Below are positions 28,910 to 39,303 of a stretch of DNA of 64,000 bases, piece after piece. The stretch lies in sequence record KM501444; one strand, written 5' to 3'. The notes under the pieces were generated by a model that saw only the letters and a list, made by a program, of their open reading frames with translations, was not told the DNA's origin and searched no databases. How positions within the stretch are numbered: position 1 is the first letter of the stretch; every line of letters begins with the position of its first letter. Source of the DNA: Shigella phage pSs-1. A program made the translations under genes and the position numbers.

Positions 28910-29059
28910 TCAATTGATACATTCATATTTAACTTGTAACAGTAATAAACCCCAACCTATAATAAGTGGCGGAATCATAAGAGGAACTGTTACGCTATAG
29001 TATATACTTATTATAATCATCAAGATTAAAAGCAATACTGCTAAAATTTTGCTTTTCAT
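28910..29059 (-). CDS. small membrane peptide (49 aa)
   Basis: ATG overlaps imm stop (ATGA); hydrophobic; below track cutoff. Confidence 0.35.
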   Translation of the reverse strand: MKSKILAVLLLILMIIISIYYSVTVPLMIPPLIIGWGLLLLQVKYECIN

Positions 29060-29307
29060 TCCTTCTCTCTGATGATAATTACTTGATTTTGCTGCACAGA
29101 TTTTTTAGTTTCACCCGCAATTGACCAAATAAAGGTAATAAACCAACCAATAATTGACCAATTAAACAGTAAAGACGTGAAAAAGATTCCTACTGTTGAT
29201 TTTGACCCGCGCATCAAGGCGATGAACCATGGAAGCATGTATATAATAATAGCCAACACGCCTGAAACTAAAACCATAAAAATTGAACCTGCTACTAAAG
29301 TTTCCAT
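29056..29307 (-). CDS. imm: Imm, immunity to superinfection membrane protein
   Basis: 83 aa, two TM segments, position between 42 and 43. Confidence 0.8.
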   Translation of the reverse strand: METLVAGSIFMVLVSGVLAIIIYMLPWFIALMRGSKSTVGIFFTSLLFNWSIIGWFITFIWSIAGETKKSVQQNQVIIIREKE

Positions 29308-29314
29308 GCTTTCC

Positions 29315-29695
29315 TCACTTAGTCAAATTTTTTACACATGAATTATAAGAATTCACTACATACTCCATCGGAGCATTTTTACCAGTACGCCATTGATAAT
29401 TATTAGCCCAATTAGCCCAAAGTTCGGCACAGTAGTTTTCAATTTTTTCTTCGCGTGTAATTACATCTGAATTACGATATGCTTGAGCAGATTCATCTGG
29501 ACGAATAGCTTCGTCAAAATTCGCCTGCATTTGTTCTACTGTCTGTTTTGGAGCTTCTTTATAACACTTAACATTAGGATTATAAAATTTGCTTGAACAA
29601 TTTACAATTTTTCCTGCATCGGACTGATTTATTACTGGTCCTTGAGCTACACATCCAGTAAGACCCAATGCAATAACCAAAATAGCGATTTTCAT
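29315..29695 (-). CDS. putative lipoprotein (126 aa)
   Basis: ATG 29693-29695; lipobox LTGC; early promoter upstream. Confidence 0.5.
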   Translation of the reverse strand: MKIAILVIALGLTGCVAQGPVINQSDAGKIVNCSSKFYNPNVKCYKEAPKQTVEQMQANFDEAIRPDESAQAYRNSDVITREEKIENYCAELWANWANNYQWRTGKNAPMEYVVNSYNSCVKNLTK

Positions 29696-29780
29696 TTCAT
29701 TCTCCAAATCCGTATCAGTTGATAGTTGTATAGTACCACAGAGGAACAGTCTTGTAAACAGTTTTGTGAAAAAATTTTAA
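29691..29780 (-). repeat. promoter/early-start cassette repeat (copy 1), near-identical to 55995-56080
   Basis: ttcatt..attctccaaatccgtatcagttgatagttgtatagtacca...cttgtaaac.gttttgtgaaaaaatttt shared between the two loci. Confidence 0.6.
29728..29759 (-). promoter_or_regulatory. T4-type early promoter
   Basis: gtatagtaccac...gtaaac. Confidence 0.6.
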
Positions 29781-29845
29781 TGAATTTACAGGACCTAGAA
29801 TCATCTATTTTTCCTAAGTATAGATTTATATTACTTGTATGAAAA

Positions 29846-29863
29846 AGGGACCCGGAGGTCCCT
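29846..29863 (-). terminator. hairpin terminator downstream of gene 43
   Basis: agggacc-cgga-ggtccct then U-run on minus. Confidence 0.55.
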
Positions 29864-29875
29864 AGATTTATTCTA

Positions 29876-32572
29876 TCAGCCAAACAGGAAGTCTAACGAA
29901 GCTTTTTCCTCATAGTCCATACCTGCCGATTCACACATACCAGCAAGAGGTTTAACAAACGATTTTTGGAACAAAGTTGAGTAGTCAATCCAAGATAGTA
30001 CATCAGAACGAATTTCTTTTGGAAGTTCTGTGCCTGATGGCCAAGCAATGCACTTATCACCAAATGGATTTCCTTCACGTAATGGAAGAACCATTACCTT
30101 ATTTCCATCCAAAATTGGAGCTACACCTAAACCGCTAACAGCTCGACGATAAGTTAGCACACCACGAATATGGAATGGACATTTAAATCCTGGCCAACCT
30201 TTATCATCATATTTCGCTATATCGTTCGCAGTTTTTACTTCAGCAATAACTTTATAGTCAAGTTGACGATATTCTTTCTCAAAGTTCTTGTAGTATTCTT
30301 GGACAGACTCTTCGCCTTCTTGAAGAATACGACGAATACTTTCTTCGAGAGCTTCTTGTACTGCTTTTGGTGTTGAACTCTGCTGAGTTTCCATACCCAT
30401 GATTTTTAAATGCGGTTCGGCAAATCGCTTATCTTCCATATCATAAACGTTCAGAGCATAACGTTTTTTCGCTTTCCAAAATCCACCGACACCCTTTGAA
30501 CCAAGTGGAGGGCAAGAAATAGCTTCACGGTCCATATGCATCAGATGCTCGCGGTTATTCATATAATCACATAACTCACGATATGCAGCATCAATCATAG
30601 GTTCCATCTTTTTCTTACCAAACTGATTCATGAATTCAACTAAATCATTTTGTTCTTTAAAGCGATCAAGACCTACTTTTTCAATAACTTTATCTACACA
30701 AACGTATACCGAATCAGTATCACCTGCTGCGATGAAATCTTCACCATTAGTTCCACACACTTTATTTAGATACTCATTAATTTTACGAGCAATCCACTGA
30801 ATACCAACTTGACCGAAAATTGTGATAGCAGTAGCATTTCGCAAATCATAGTAACGGAAATGAATATTACCAAGAGCACCATAAAGACTGTTAATAAGAA
30901 TTTTACGGTTCAACTGATTTGTGTTAGCAAGCGTAGCTGCTTTTTCACATTCTTCGATCAGACTGTTAAGAACAGATTCAGTGTAATTCGATAATTCGTT
31001 TAAGAAATCATCACTGAACTTAACATATCGTTCAACTTCTGGTTTAGTTGAACAAGACCCTGCACCTTTCATAATAATCTTTTTAATAGCTTCGGCATTC
31101 ATTTCTTCCGCGAACATTTTCTTTTTCCAATCTTTACGTTGGAAAAATACTTTAGCGATTTCCTTTGGAATGATACCTTCTTGGTGCTTATCATACATCC
31201 ATCCATTCGGAGAGCAAGAATATTCATCACTTGGCTTAGGAGCTGTTCCTGCGATATATTCATGAATTGGATGAACTTTAAACTGCCCACGAATAGTCTC
31301 AGGACTAATGTTAACCTGACGAATAATGCTAGGATACAGAGACGTCAAGTCAAAACTCATAATGTATCGACGAGCAATCGGTTTAGGTTCAAACACAAAT
31401 GCACCTGGAAAACTCTGTTTAACGTGCGAACCTTGTTGAGGAATAACCTTATGTTCACCTTTCAGTGAGTTAAAAATAATAGCATCCCAAGTTTTAATAG
31501 GACTCATTACACCAGAAAAAGGCATTTTAGCGTAATAAGACATACTTAAAACTAGATCGATAAACCCACGAATTTTATCAATTGCTTGAACTGATTCTAC
31601 GTCAATGATGTTATAACTAATGTATCGTTGATGATTAGTCTCACGAAGTTTATTAATAGGACCATCGTACGGCAATTTACCTTTTTTGGTTTCATGTTGA
31701 GCAACTGATTCCAAAGAGAACGATGGCAAATTAGTAAATGCGAATTTCTTGTACAAATCTAAATAATCAAGAATAGATACGCCATCAATAGAATAAATTT
31801 CTTTGCTACCGTACATATTTTGAATTAGTTTAGATTTTACTCGACCGATTGGAGAGAAGCGTTTCATACTACGTTCACCGAGAACCATTTTAACACGATT
31901 CATGATATACGGAACGTCAAATCCCTCAATATTCCAACCGGTAAAAATAGCAGGTCGTTTCTGTTCCCAGAGATTAATATATTCCATGAGCATATCACGC
32001 TCATTATCAAATGGCATATAAATTACTCGGTCAAGAATTTCTTGAGGAACTTCATCACCACCTTCACAGTCAAGCTTAGCAGCTAACTTTGCATCCCATT
32101 TTGATACTGAACCGTACATTGAATTCAACAAATCAAAGACGTAAAAACGATCGTCAATTGAATCATAATGAGTGATAGCATCAATTTCATATTCTGCTTT
32201 CATTGGGTCAGGAAATTTATCACCAGTAACCTCAATGTCACAGTTAGCTACACGAACAAATTTTCGGTCATAAACAATTTCTGAACCATACGTATCACTG
32301 ATGTAAGCAAGTTTAAAATCGTTCATACCGAGAGCTTCGAGACCGATGTCTTCCATTCGCTTCATCCAGTCTCGTGCATCTTTCATTGATGGAAATTTTT
32401 GAGGAGCACAATTTTTACCATAAATGTCTTTGTATTTTGACTCTTCCTTACAATGTCTAAACATAGTCGGAAGATATTCTACTTCACGGGTACGTTCCTT
32501 TCCGTTTTCATCAATATAACGTTCAACAATATTATTTCCGACTGTTTCGATAGAGATATAAAATTCTTTCAT
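29876..32572 (-). CDS. 43: DNA polymerase gp43 (family B)
   Basis: 898 aa as T4 gp43; MKEFYISIETVGNNIVERYIDENGKERTREVEYLPTMF. Confidence 0.93.
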   Translation of the reverse strand: MKEFYISIETVGNNIVERYIDENGKERTREVEYLPTMFRHCKEESKYKDIYGKNCAPQKFPSMKDARDWMKRMEDIGLEALGMNDFKLAYISDTYGSEIVYDRKFVRVANCDIEVTGDKFPDPMKAEYEIDAITHYDSIDDRFYVFDLLNSMYGSVSKWDAKLAAKLDCEGGDEVPQEILDRVIYMPFDNERDMLMEYINLWEQKRPAIFTGWNIEGFDVPYIMNRVKMVLGERSMKRFSPIGRVKSKLIQNMYGSKEIYSIDGVSILDYLDLYKKFAFTNLPSFSLESVAQHETKKGKLPYDGPINKLRETNHQRYISYNIIDVESVQAIDKIRGFIDLVLSMSYYAKMPFSGVMSPIKTWDAIIFNSLKGEHKVIPQQGSHVKQSFPGAFVFEPKPIARRYIMSFDLTSLYPSIIRQVNISPETIRGQFKVHPIHEYIAGTAPKPSDEYSCSPNGWMYDKHQEGIIPKEIAKVFFQRKDWKKKMFAEEMNAEAIKKIIMKGAGSCSTKPEVERYVKFSDDFLNELSNYTESVLNSLIEECEKAATLANTNQLNRKILINSLYGALGNIHFRYYDLRNATAITIFGQVGIQWIARKINEYLNKVCGTNGEDFIAAGDTDSVYVCVDKVIEKVGLDRFKEQNDLVEFMNQFGKKKMEPMIDAAYRELCDYMNNREHLMHMDREAISCPPLGSKGVGGFWKAKKRYALNVYDMEDKRFAEPHLKIMGMETQQSSTPKAVQEALEESIRRILQEGEESVQEYYKNFEKEYRQLDYKVIAEVKTANDIAKYDDKGWPGFKCPFHIRGVLTYRRAVSGLGVAPILDGNKVMVLPLREGNPFGDKCIAWPSGTELPKEIRSDVLSWIDYSTLFQKSFVKPLAGMCESAGMDYEEKASLDFLFG

Positions 32573-32612
32573 AGATATTCCTTAGTTTATAGCCCGAGTT
32601 ATTAGGCTCTTG
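32573..32612 (-). promoter_or_regulatory. gene 43 translational operator (hairpin + SD)
   Basis: mRNA GAGCCUAAUAACUCGGGCUAUAAACUAAGGAAUAUCU-AUG; matches recalled T4 gp43 autoregulatory operator. Confidence 0.6.
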
Positions 32613-32630
32613 ATATATTATACTCCAAAT

Positions 32631-32648
32631 AAGGGGCCGAAGCCCCTT
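32631..32648 (-). other. UUCG hairpin after regA
   Basis: aaggggccgaagcccctt. Confidence 0.5.
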
Positions 32649-32650
32649 GC

Positions 32651-33019
32651 TTAATTACCAATCGTATATTTAGGAACGAGTTTCCATTCATGTTTTTGTT
32701 TAAAAGAAATAACTCGGAAGTTATTGGTTAAATCTTTCATAAAAGTTCTTTGACCAGGAACGATTTCAACCAGTCCCCAATCTTCTAACAGCCACGCAAT
32801 CGAATCACGACGAACTTCATCTTCTTCTGTCATTTCAACCTGACGGCCATCCATACGAAGCATTTCTTTAAAATGAACGATATAGTATAGTCCTTTTTTC
32901 TGAAGAATATGACAGGACTGATACAGAACTTTATCTTTATTATTAGCAATTCCCATACGAGTCAAAGTTTCTTTTACTTTCAGAAAATCTTCAGGTTTTT
33001 TAAGAGTAATTTCAATCAT
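32651..33019 (-). CDS. regA: translational repressor RegA
   Basis: 122 aa as T4 RegA; MIEITLKKPEDFLKVKETLTRMGIANN. Confidence 0.85.
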   Translation of the reverse strand: MIEITLKKPEDFLKVKETLTRMGIANNKDKVLYQSCHILQKKGLYYIVHFKEMLRMDGRQVEMTEEDEVRRDSIAWLLEDWGLVEIVPGQRTFMKDLTNNFRVISFKQKHEWKLVPKYTIGN

Positions 33020-33020
33020 T

Positions 33021-33584
33021 TTACCATTCCAATGCTAGTTTTTTGAGTTGTTTCTGTTCTTTTACATTCTTAGTCACTTCTTTTAAAAAATCATCCGTGA
33101 CTAAACCTTTTAGTTCTTTTAATACTAAAGGAAGTTTTCCATTTTTAGTAAGAATTGATTTATAGTTAATTGCATCATTTGTATTAACTTGATACCGCTT
33201 AGCAAGTAACTTAATAATCAATACTTCAGTAGAATCTTCGACCAGTTTTGCCCATTTACCATATCTTTTACCGCGAGGAACAGCAGCCATCAGATAATTA
33301 AAATGGGCTTCATCGCTTAAACCTGATCCAATTAAATTCATAGCATATACAGCTGGCATGCATTCAGGAAATTGTGATAATGCATTCTCAACCATGTATT
33401 TTGAATAATCTTTTTGAGCAATAGAGCATTTAGTTTTATTATTAATAGCTCCAATTATTTCAAAAAATTCATTTTCAGCTTTTTCCTTAAAAGAATCAGC
33501 AGCAGATTGGACAGCTGTCCAATCTTTTGAATACCAAGCAACTTGATGCTCGTTTAATTGAATATCATCTTCAAATAAGCTCAT
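33021..33584 (-). CDS. 62: clamp loader subunit gp62
   Basis: 187 aa as T4 gp62; synteny. Confidence 0.88.
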   Translation of the reverse strand: MSLFEDDIQLNEHQVAWYSKDWTAVQSAADSFKEKAENEFFEIIGAINNKTKCSIAQKDYSKYMVENALSQFPECMPAVYAMNLIGSGLSDEAHFNYLMAAVPRGKRYGKWAKLVEDSTEVLIIKLLAKRYQVNTNDAINYKSILTKNGKLPLVLKELKGLVTDDFLKEVTKNVKEQKQLKKLALEW

Positions 33585-33585
33585 A

Positions 33586-34545
33586 TCACTTCCACTGCAT
33601 TTCGCATGCTAATTGAATGAAAAGATATGCTAAATGTAATTCCGTATTAGCCGCAATTCCGTGATATTGGTTATTTTCACCAACAATTTCATACATACGA
33701 ATAATACTTTGCGGAGTTACGCGTGTATAGATTTCTTCGGCAAGTTTACCAACGAACCACGAATAATCAGCTGCATATTTTGGCGCTAAAGCTCTGAGCT
33801 GTTTAACATCTTTATTTTTGAGAGATTCAAGAACATCATCAATAGCACCACGATCGTTAGTAACCAGTGATAAAATACCAGCATCCAAAACACCTTTAGA
33901 TGAATAACTATCGAGCTCACCAATAGTTTTACGAAAATCAGGAAAATTCTTTTTAACCAAAGCTGCTACAACTTTCATATCAGCTATAGCAATTCCTTCA
34001 TGCTTGCAGATTTCAGTCAATCGACGAATCATCTGCTTCATCATTTCAATTTTATCTTCATCGGTCGGTTGACCGAATGTAATAACTCGGCAGCGTGACT
34101 GAAGCGGTTTAATAATACCATCAATATTGTTAGCAGTAATAATAATACTACAGTTTGAACTATAAGCTTCCATAAAGGAACGAAGATGTCGCTGAGACTC
34201 TGCTAACCCTGAGCGGTCAAATTCATCAATAACGATTACTTTTTGACGACCATCAAATGAAGCTGCACTAGCAAAATTAGTCAAAGGACCACGAACGAAA
34301 TCAATTTTACAATCTGACCCATTCACAAACATCATATCAGCATTTACATCATGACACAATGCTTTTGCTACAGTTGTTTTACCTGTTCCTGGAGAAGGAG
34401 AATGAAGAATAATATGTGGAATTTTACCTTTACTTGTAATAGATTTAAAGGTTTCTTTATCAAAGGCGGGAAGAATACATTCATCGATAGTAGATGGACG
34501 ATATTTCTGTTCAAGAATGTGTTCTTTTTCATTTACAGTAATCAT
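33586..34545 (-). CDS. 44: clamp loader ATPase gp44
   Basis: 319 aa from ATG 34543-34545 ([22 protein letters not shown]); Walker A GTGKTT. Confidence 0.9.
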   Translation of the reverse strand: MITVNEKEHILEQKYRPSTIDECILPAFDKETFKSITSKGKIPHIILHSPSPGTGKTTVAKALCHDVNADMMFVNGSDCKIDFVRGPLTNFASAASFDGRQKVIVIDEFDRSGLAESQRHLRSFMEAYSSNCSIIITANNIDGIIKPLQSRCRVITFGQPTDEDKIEMMKQMIRRLTEICKHEGIAIADMKVVAALVKKNFPDFRKTIGELDSYSSKGVLDAGILSLVTNDRGAIDDVLESLKNKDVKQLRALAPKYAADYSWFVGKLAEEIYTRVTPQSIIRMYEIVGENNQYHGIAANTELHLAYLFIQLACEMQWK

Positions 34546-34576
34546 AATTTCCTCATTCAAGTTTTAGTGTAAATTT

Positions 34577-34593
34577 AAGGGCCGAAGCCCTTT
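34577..34593 (-). other. UUCG hairpin between genes 45 and 44
   Basis: aagggccgaagcccttt. Confidence 0.5.
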
Positions 34594-34594
34594 A

Positions 34595-35281
34595 TTAAAA
34601 ATCGTGGGTAGAATCAGCTTCAAGAGCTACTACATAATTCGCATGTTCACCTTCAAATTTAGCAGCACCTTGTTTACCTTTTGCCCAGAGCAGAAGTTTG
34701 TAATTTCCTGGTTGCATTTTCATATTTGCCATATTGATAATGAAATTAAATGTATTTTCACCATCATAATCACCAAGAGTCAAAGAATATTTAACACGAG
34801 TCAAAGCAGAATCTTCTACTTTATTAAAACCGTTAATTACGATTTTACCTTCTTTTACTGTGATAGCAATTGTATCAATCTGCAGACCACGAGATACACG
34901 CAACAGCTGTTGAAGGTCTTCAGCTTTAATTTCAGTAACAACAGATGCTACCGGGAATGGAATTGGTTTATTAGGAGCAACTACTGTACTCGGATCGGCT
35001 GCTGGCCAAAAAATTGTTGAACGAGCATCAGCAATTTTAATATTTCCATCTTCTGACTGGGAAATTTCTGCATCGTCATTAACTAGGGACAGAATACCGA
35101 GAAAACCGTTCAAATCGTAAATTGCTACATCAAAATCAATGGTGTCGGAAATATTTGCTTCCGCATAAGTTGTACCATTAACTGCGCGAGTCATAATAAA
35201 TTGACCAGATTTAAGCATAATACCAGAGTTAATAGTAGCGAAATTTTTAAGCAGAGCAGTAGTATCTTTAGACAGTTTCAT
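34595..35281 (-). CDS. 45: sliding clamp gp45
   Basis: 228 aa as T4 gp45; MKLSKDTTALLKNFATINSGIML. Confidence 0.9.
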   Translation of the reverse strand: MKLSKDTTALLKNFATINSGIMLKSGQFIMTRAVNGTTYAEANISDTIDFDVAIYDLNGFLGILSLVNDDAEISQSEDGNIKIADARSTIFWPAADPSTVVAPNKPIPFPVASVVTEIKAEDLQQLLRVSRGLQIDTIAITVKEGKIVINGFNKVEDSALTRVKYSLTLGDYDGENTFNFIINMANMKMQPGNYKLLLWAKGKQGAAKFEGEHANYVVALEADSTHDF

Positions 35282-35336
35282 GTAATTTCCTTCAATTCAA
35301 ATGAGATTTAATTTTATAACTAATTTAATAAAGCAA

Positions 35337-35726
35337 TTAACGATTAAAATCGGCAGCAATTGTTTCCGCAACAATTTGAGCAGCAACAATTAGACGTTCA
35401 TCTGCATTACCACAATAATCATCTTCAAGACGTTCACCACATGAAGTCATAATAAATTTAGCACCAGCATTTAGAGATTCTGTAGTATGTTTGCGCATTA
35501 GTTCAATCCATTTATTACTTACTTCACGATCGATAGCTTCATAATACGCATGACGAGCAGGTGCAGATTTAATTTTGTTCTGAATAACTTCCATCGCGTT
35601 ATCAGAAAGAGACAAAACCCATGCTCGACGAATTTTATTTTGGTTTTGTGGATTTGATTCAGAACGCACGTGTTTTGGCTGAATATCTTTTACATCAACA
35701 GTATAATTCACAGTAATTTTAGTCAT
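35337..35726 (-). CDS. rpbA: RNA polymerase binding protein RpbA
   Basis: 129 aa; synteny. Confidence 0.6.
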
Positions 35727-35735
35727 AATACACCT

Positions 35736-35924
35736 TTAGTCATAATAATCAGTAACAGTCCAAGCTTCATTTCTGTTGGACATTATTTTCGTATATTCTG
35801 CTTTAAATGCATTCTTAAGCATAGATTCAGTAACTATATGCTCTTCATTAGAAAAATTATTTCTCAGAATATATCGTTTTATTTCAGGAATAGTTAATAG
35901 ATGCTGTCCAGTTGAATATTCCAT
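35736..35924 (-). CDS. hypothetical protein (62 aa), 45.2 position
   Basis: ORF track; GGAGG SD. Confidence 0.5.
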   Translation of the reverse strand: MEYSTGQHLLTIPEIKRYILRNNFSNEEHIVTESMLKNAFKAEYTKIMSNRNEAWTVTDYYD

Positions 35925-35941
35925 GTTTTTCCTCCATAGAG

Positions 35942-35968
35942 ATTATACTCTAATAAATTAAAGCATAA
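35942..35968 (-). promoter_or_regulatory. middle (MotA-dependent) promoter
   Basis: minus strand ATTATGCTTTAAT-(11 nt)-TATAAT: MotA box TGCTTTA at about -30 with correct spacing to -10. Confidence 0.55.
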
Positions 35969-35979
35969 TCTCTTATAAA

Positions 35980-37662
35980 TTAAACCATTACAGTAAATCG
36001 ACCAACTTTCTTCATTTGAAGATGCTGACCATATGCTTGCGGGTCGTGGTCTCTATGTGAAATAACAAAAACATTAGTATTTTTTAAACTATCTAAAATA
36101 GTTGAAATAGCTTTTACACCTTCAACATCAGTTGCTGAATCAAAAACTTCATCGAGAATTAGTGTGTTTATTTTAACACCTGAAACTTTTTCAGCAATAT
36201 CACGCCAAGTAAATAGAAGAGCAATATCAATTCGTGCTTTTTCGCCTTGACTGAATGAAGCATAACTAAAATCTTCACGACCGCGGGATTTAATTGTCTC
36301 ATTAAATTCTTCATCTAATGTAAACACATAATCCGCTTCCATTATTTTAAGATAATGGTTAATCTGCTTATTAAATAATGGAATGTACTTTTTAATAATA
36401 GCACCTTTAATACCAGAATCTTTGAGCATATCAGTCAAAATTCCTCTGTGGTATTTTTCCATTACTAAATTAGTTTTTGTCTTAACAATTTTATCAAGTT
36501 CTTCTTGAAGCAGTGCTATTTCATCAGCATGGTCAATAAACTCGGATGATGCTTTTTCTATAGCTGCTTTAACTTTTTTAGCTTTATCTACCGTCGTGAT
36601 TAGAGATTGCTTTTTATTGCGAATATCATTCGCCAACGTCTGTTGGGTTTTAATATTATCTCGGTATTCATCGACGAGAACTTTTAAATTATCACGATGT
36701 GTTGAAAGCTGTTCAAACGAATGCGTGCATTCAGAAACTTTATCTTTAATTTTAGAAACAACTTTATCACCGGAACTTAATTGTGACAAACAGGTTGGAC
36801 ATAATCCACCTTCGTGATACATATTAATGACTTTATTATATGAGTCAATTTTTGATTTAATTAAAAATGCTTCTTGACCGATTTTATTAAATGCATCAGT
36901 CGGGTCTTCATCCAAAACAATATTAACTAATCTTTCATTAGCTTCTTCTATTTCCGATTTTAACGTTCTAGCTTCTTTTGCCAAATCATCATACATATTC
37001 TGCAGACGAGTAAGGTTATCACCAGTTAATTTTTTCTGGCGTTCAACGTTATCATTATATATTTTAATTTGTTGGATAATACTATCTTTTTTAACATCAA
37101 GCACTTGGTTTTGTGAATTTAATTCACGTATTAGTGCTTTATTAAGCTTATCCATTTCAGCTAATGTTCCTACCTCGAGCAGGTCTTCCACAAGCTTTCT
37201 TCGTGCAGGGGTCGACAAACCCATGAAAGGGGTATACCCTGCTGTACCAAGGACAACAATCTGCTTGAAACTGGCATATGACATTCCGATAAGCTGTTCA
37301 AATTCTGCTTGGAAATCTTTACTGCTGGCAGATTCATTAAGACGTGTACCGTTAACGGTGATTTCGAAAACGTTTGGTTTTTGTCCTCTTTTGATATAGT
37401 ACTTTTTCTCATCATATTCCATCCACAGTTCAACTAAAAGTTCTTTCTTATTTGTGCTGTTTATTAATTGACCTTTCTTTACATCACGGAATGGCTTGCC
37501 AAAAAGCCCAAATGTGATGGCTTCTAACATAGTAGACTTACCACCGCCATTTCGTCCAGTAATAAGAGTTTTTTGAACCTTATCTAGTTGAATGTCAATA
37601 GGATTTCCACCTACTGACATTATATTTTGATACCTAACTCGGTTTAGTTTAAAATTCTTCAC
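35980..37662 (-). CDS. 46: recombination nuclease subunit gp46 (Rad50/SbcC-like)
   Basis: 560 aa; Walker A GRNGGGKST; coiled-coil middle; GTG start. Confidence 0.9.
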   Translation of the reverse strand: MKNFKLNRVRYQNIMSVGGNPIDIQLDKVQKTLITGRNGGGKSTMLEAITFGLFGKPFRDVKKGQLINSTNKKELLVELWMEYDEKKYYIKRGQKPNVFEITVNGTRLNESASSKDFQAEFEQLIGMSYASFKQIVVLGTAGYTPFMGLSTPARRKLVEDLLEVGTLAEMDKLNKALIRELNSQNQVLDVKKDSIIQQIKIYNDNVERQKKLTGDNLTRLQNMYDDLAKEARTLKSEIEEANERLVNIVLDEDPTDAFNKIGQEAFLIKSKIDSYNKVINMYHEGGLCPTCLSQLSSGDKVVSKIKDKVSECTHSFEQLSTHRDNLKVLVDEYRDNIKTQQTLANDIRNKKQSLITTVDKAKKVKAAIEKASSEFIDHADEIALLQEELDKIVKTKTNLVMEKYHRGILTDMLKDSGIKGAIIKKYIPLFNKQINHYLKIMEADYVFTLDEEFNETIKSRGREDFSYASFSQGEKARIDIALLFTWRDIAEKVSGVKINTLILDEVFDSATDVEGVKAISTILDSLKNTNVFVISHRDHDPQAYGQHLQMKKVGRFTVMV

Positions 37663-37922
37663 AAAAGATTCCTTTTAATGTATCTTTTAGACCATTCTAT
37701 CATATCATCATAATCTAAAAAGTATTCATCAAATTCAGCCATGCAAACAACGCCTTGTGCTGCTTTTGATGTGATATAAATTATTCCAACATATCTAGAA
37801 TCTTCTTCGGTGTAATCAATATTTGCTATGAATTCATCGTTAATGTCAAATGTCGAAAACTTCACAATATGCATCCTTAATACAAGATACAGCCATATCT
37901 TGTAATGATTTAGGTGTATCAT
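37659..37922 (-). CDS. hypothetical protein (87 aa), 46.1 position
   Basis: ORF track. Confidence 0.4.
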   Translation of the reverse strand: MIHLNHYKIWLYLVLRMHIVKFSTFDINDEFIANIDYTEEDSRYVGIIYITSKAAQGVVCMAEFDEYFLDYDDMIEWSKRYIKRNLL

Positions 37923-38109
37923 TATCTAAAATGTTGAAGTTAAAAGATACAGCCCAGTCAGTGCAGACCGTAACCTTTTTAATACAATTATCTTCAACCT
38001 CTAGCGGTTCAAACCAATATTCAATAATTTCTTTATGCCCAATATCATCTTTTACTTCGCATTCAAAATGCTGACTCATCATAACATTTTTAAATTCATC
38101 AAAAGTCAT
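37846..38109 (-). CDS. hypothetical protein (87 aa), 46.2 position
   Basis: ORF track; start may be internal. Confidence 0.4.
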   Translation of the reverse strand: MTFDEFKNVMMSQHFECEVKDDIGHKEIIEYWFEPLEVEDNCIKKVTVCTDWAVSFNFNILDNDTPKSLQDMAVSCIKDAYCEVFDI

Positions 38110-39125
38110 TGTGTTGCCTCTACATATAACTGATTTGCATATTGAATAAGTGCTTCGCGATCAGAATCAGTGATGTCTGGAATTGCATTAATGTATTCTT
38201 CCATCAATGTCTGAAGAGATTGAACTTCAACTTCTTCACTATCATCTGACTCGACAGAGTTATCAATCTTTGACACAACTCGTAATGAATGTACAACTTT
38301 TTCTAGTTCAGATTCGAACTTCGTTAGATTTTTGTCTACTTCAGTTACTATAACACGTACTGATAGATTTGTAAAATCTTTATAGTCAATTTTTCCCTTA
38401 AATGGATATTGAATTCGACGATGCCAGGTGGTGTTGTTTGGAATAAATTCCATTCGTTCTGTTTCTGTATCAAACATCCAGAACCCACGAGGGTCATTCT
38501 CGTCACCCGCAGTTAGTGTCCATGGTGTCCCAATATATCTGACGTTAGCAGCCTCAGAGATAGTATGGAAGTGACCAGACCACACCTCTTTATAAGTCTT
38601 AAGGAAATCGGGTTCAAGACCGTGAGATTTCATTCCTTTATAAAAATAAAATCCATTCAGTTCCCAGTGACCAACACAAAAAGAAGCAGATGAAGTTTTG
38701 ATGTGTTCAAGAATTTCACCAGTATTTTCTTCGCACATCCAAGGAATTAAATCAATCAAACATCCGTCAAAATCTACTGTAGTAGGCTTATCATATACTT
38801 TAACATTAGGATATTTAGCCAAAAGCTCAGTAGAAGCATTTGGAGTTAAAGTATTTTTAAAGTGCATATCATGGTTTCCTACAACAGTATGTAGGGTAAT
38901 ACCAGCATCATCAAGCATTTGAACTATTTCACGGGCGAATTCCATAGTTTTATGCGTGATTGCTTTTCGCACATCAAAAATATCGCCGTATTGAATCCAT
39001 GTAGTAATTCCATTTTTCTTAGAATATTCTATTGCTTGTTTAATTCCATCCAACTGAATGGATTGAACCCACTCATCATCGGCTTTAACACCTAAATGCC
39101 AATCACCTAAATTTAAAATTTTCAT
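38106..39125 (-). CDS. 47: recombination nuclease subunit gp47 (Mre11/SbcD-like)
   Basis: 339 aa; phosphoesterase motifs DWHLG, GDIFD, GNHD. Confidence 0.9.
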   Translation of the reverse strand: MKILNLGDWHLGVKADDEWVQSIQLDGIKQAIEYSKKNGITTWIQYGDIFDVRKAITHKTMEFAREIVQMLDDAGITLHTVVGNHDMHFKNTLTPNASTELLAKYPNVKVYDKPTTVDFDGCLIDLIPWMCEENTGEILEHIKTSSASFCVGHWELNGFYFYKGMKSHGLEPDFLKTYKEVWSGHFHTISEAANVRYIGTPWTLTAGDENDPRGFWMFDTETERMEFIPNNTTWHRRIQYPFKGKIDYKDFTNLSVRVIVTEVDKNLTKFESELEKVVHSLRVVSKIDNSVESDDSEEVEVQSLQTLMEEYINAIPDITDSDREALIQYANQLYVEATQ

Positions 39126-39286
39126 ATATCAAGAACCGTCATTGAAATGCAAAATAAAATTATTGAAATAAATCCATCTGGAGTGCTAAAGAACCCAATC
39201 CAACATGCTCTAGTGAATAGATAAAATGCGAGAAAAAGTATCACATATCCAAGAAATATCATTATATCAAACTCCGTATAAAGCTA

Positions 39287-39303
39287 AAGGGCCGAAGCCC
39301 TTT
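39287..39303 (-). other. UUCG hairpin at alpha-gt stop
   Basis: aaagggccgaagcccttt. Confidence 0.5.

Noticed and set aside
32617-32648. Early promoter for gene 43 at the TATAAT-like sequence
   Set aside because: The would-be -35 region is occupied by the UUCG hairpin and no GTTTAC or MotA box is present. The -10-like sequence is more likely incidental AT-rich sequence.
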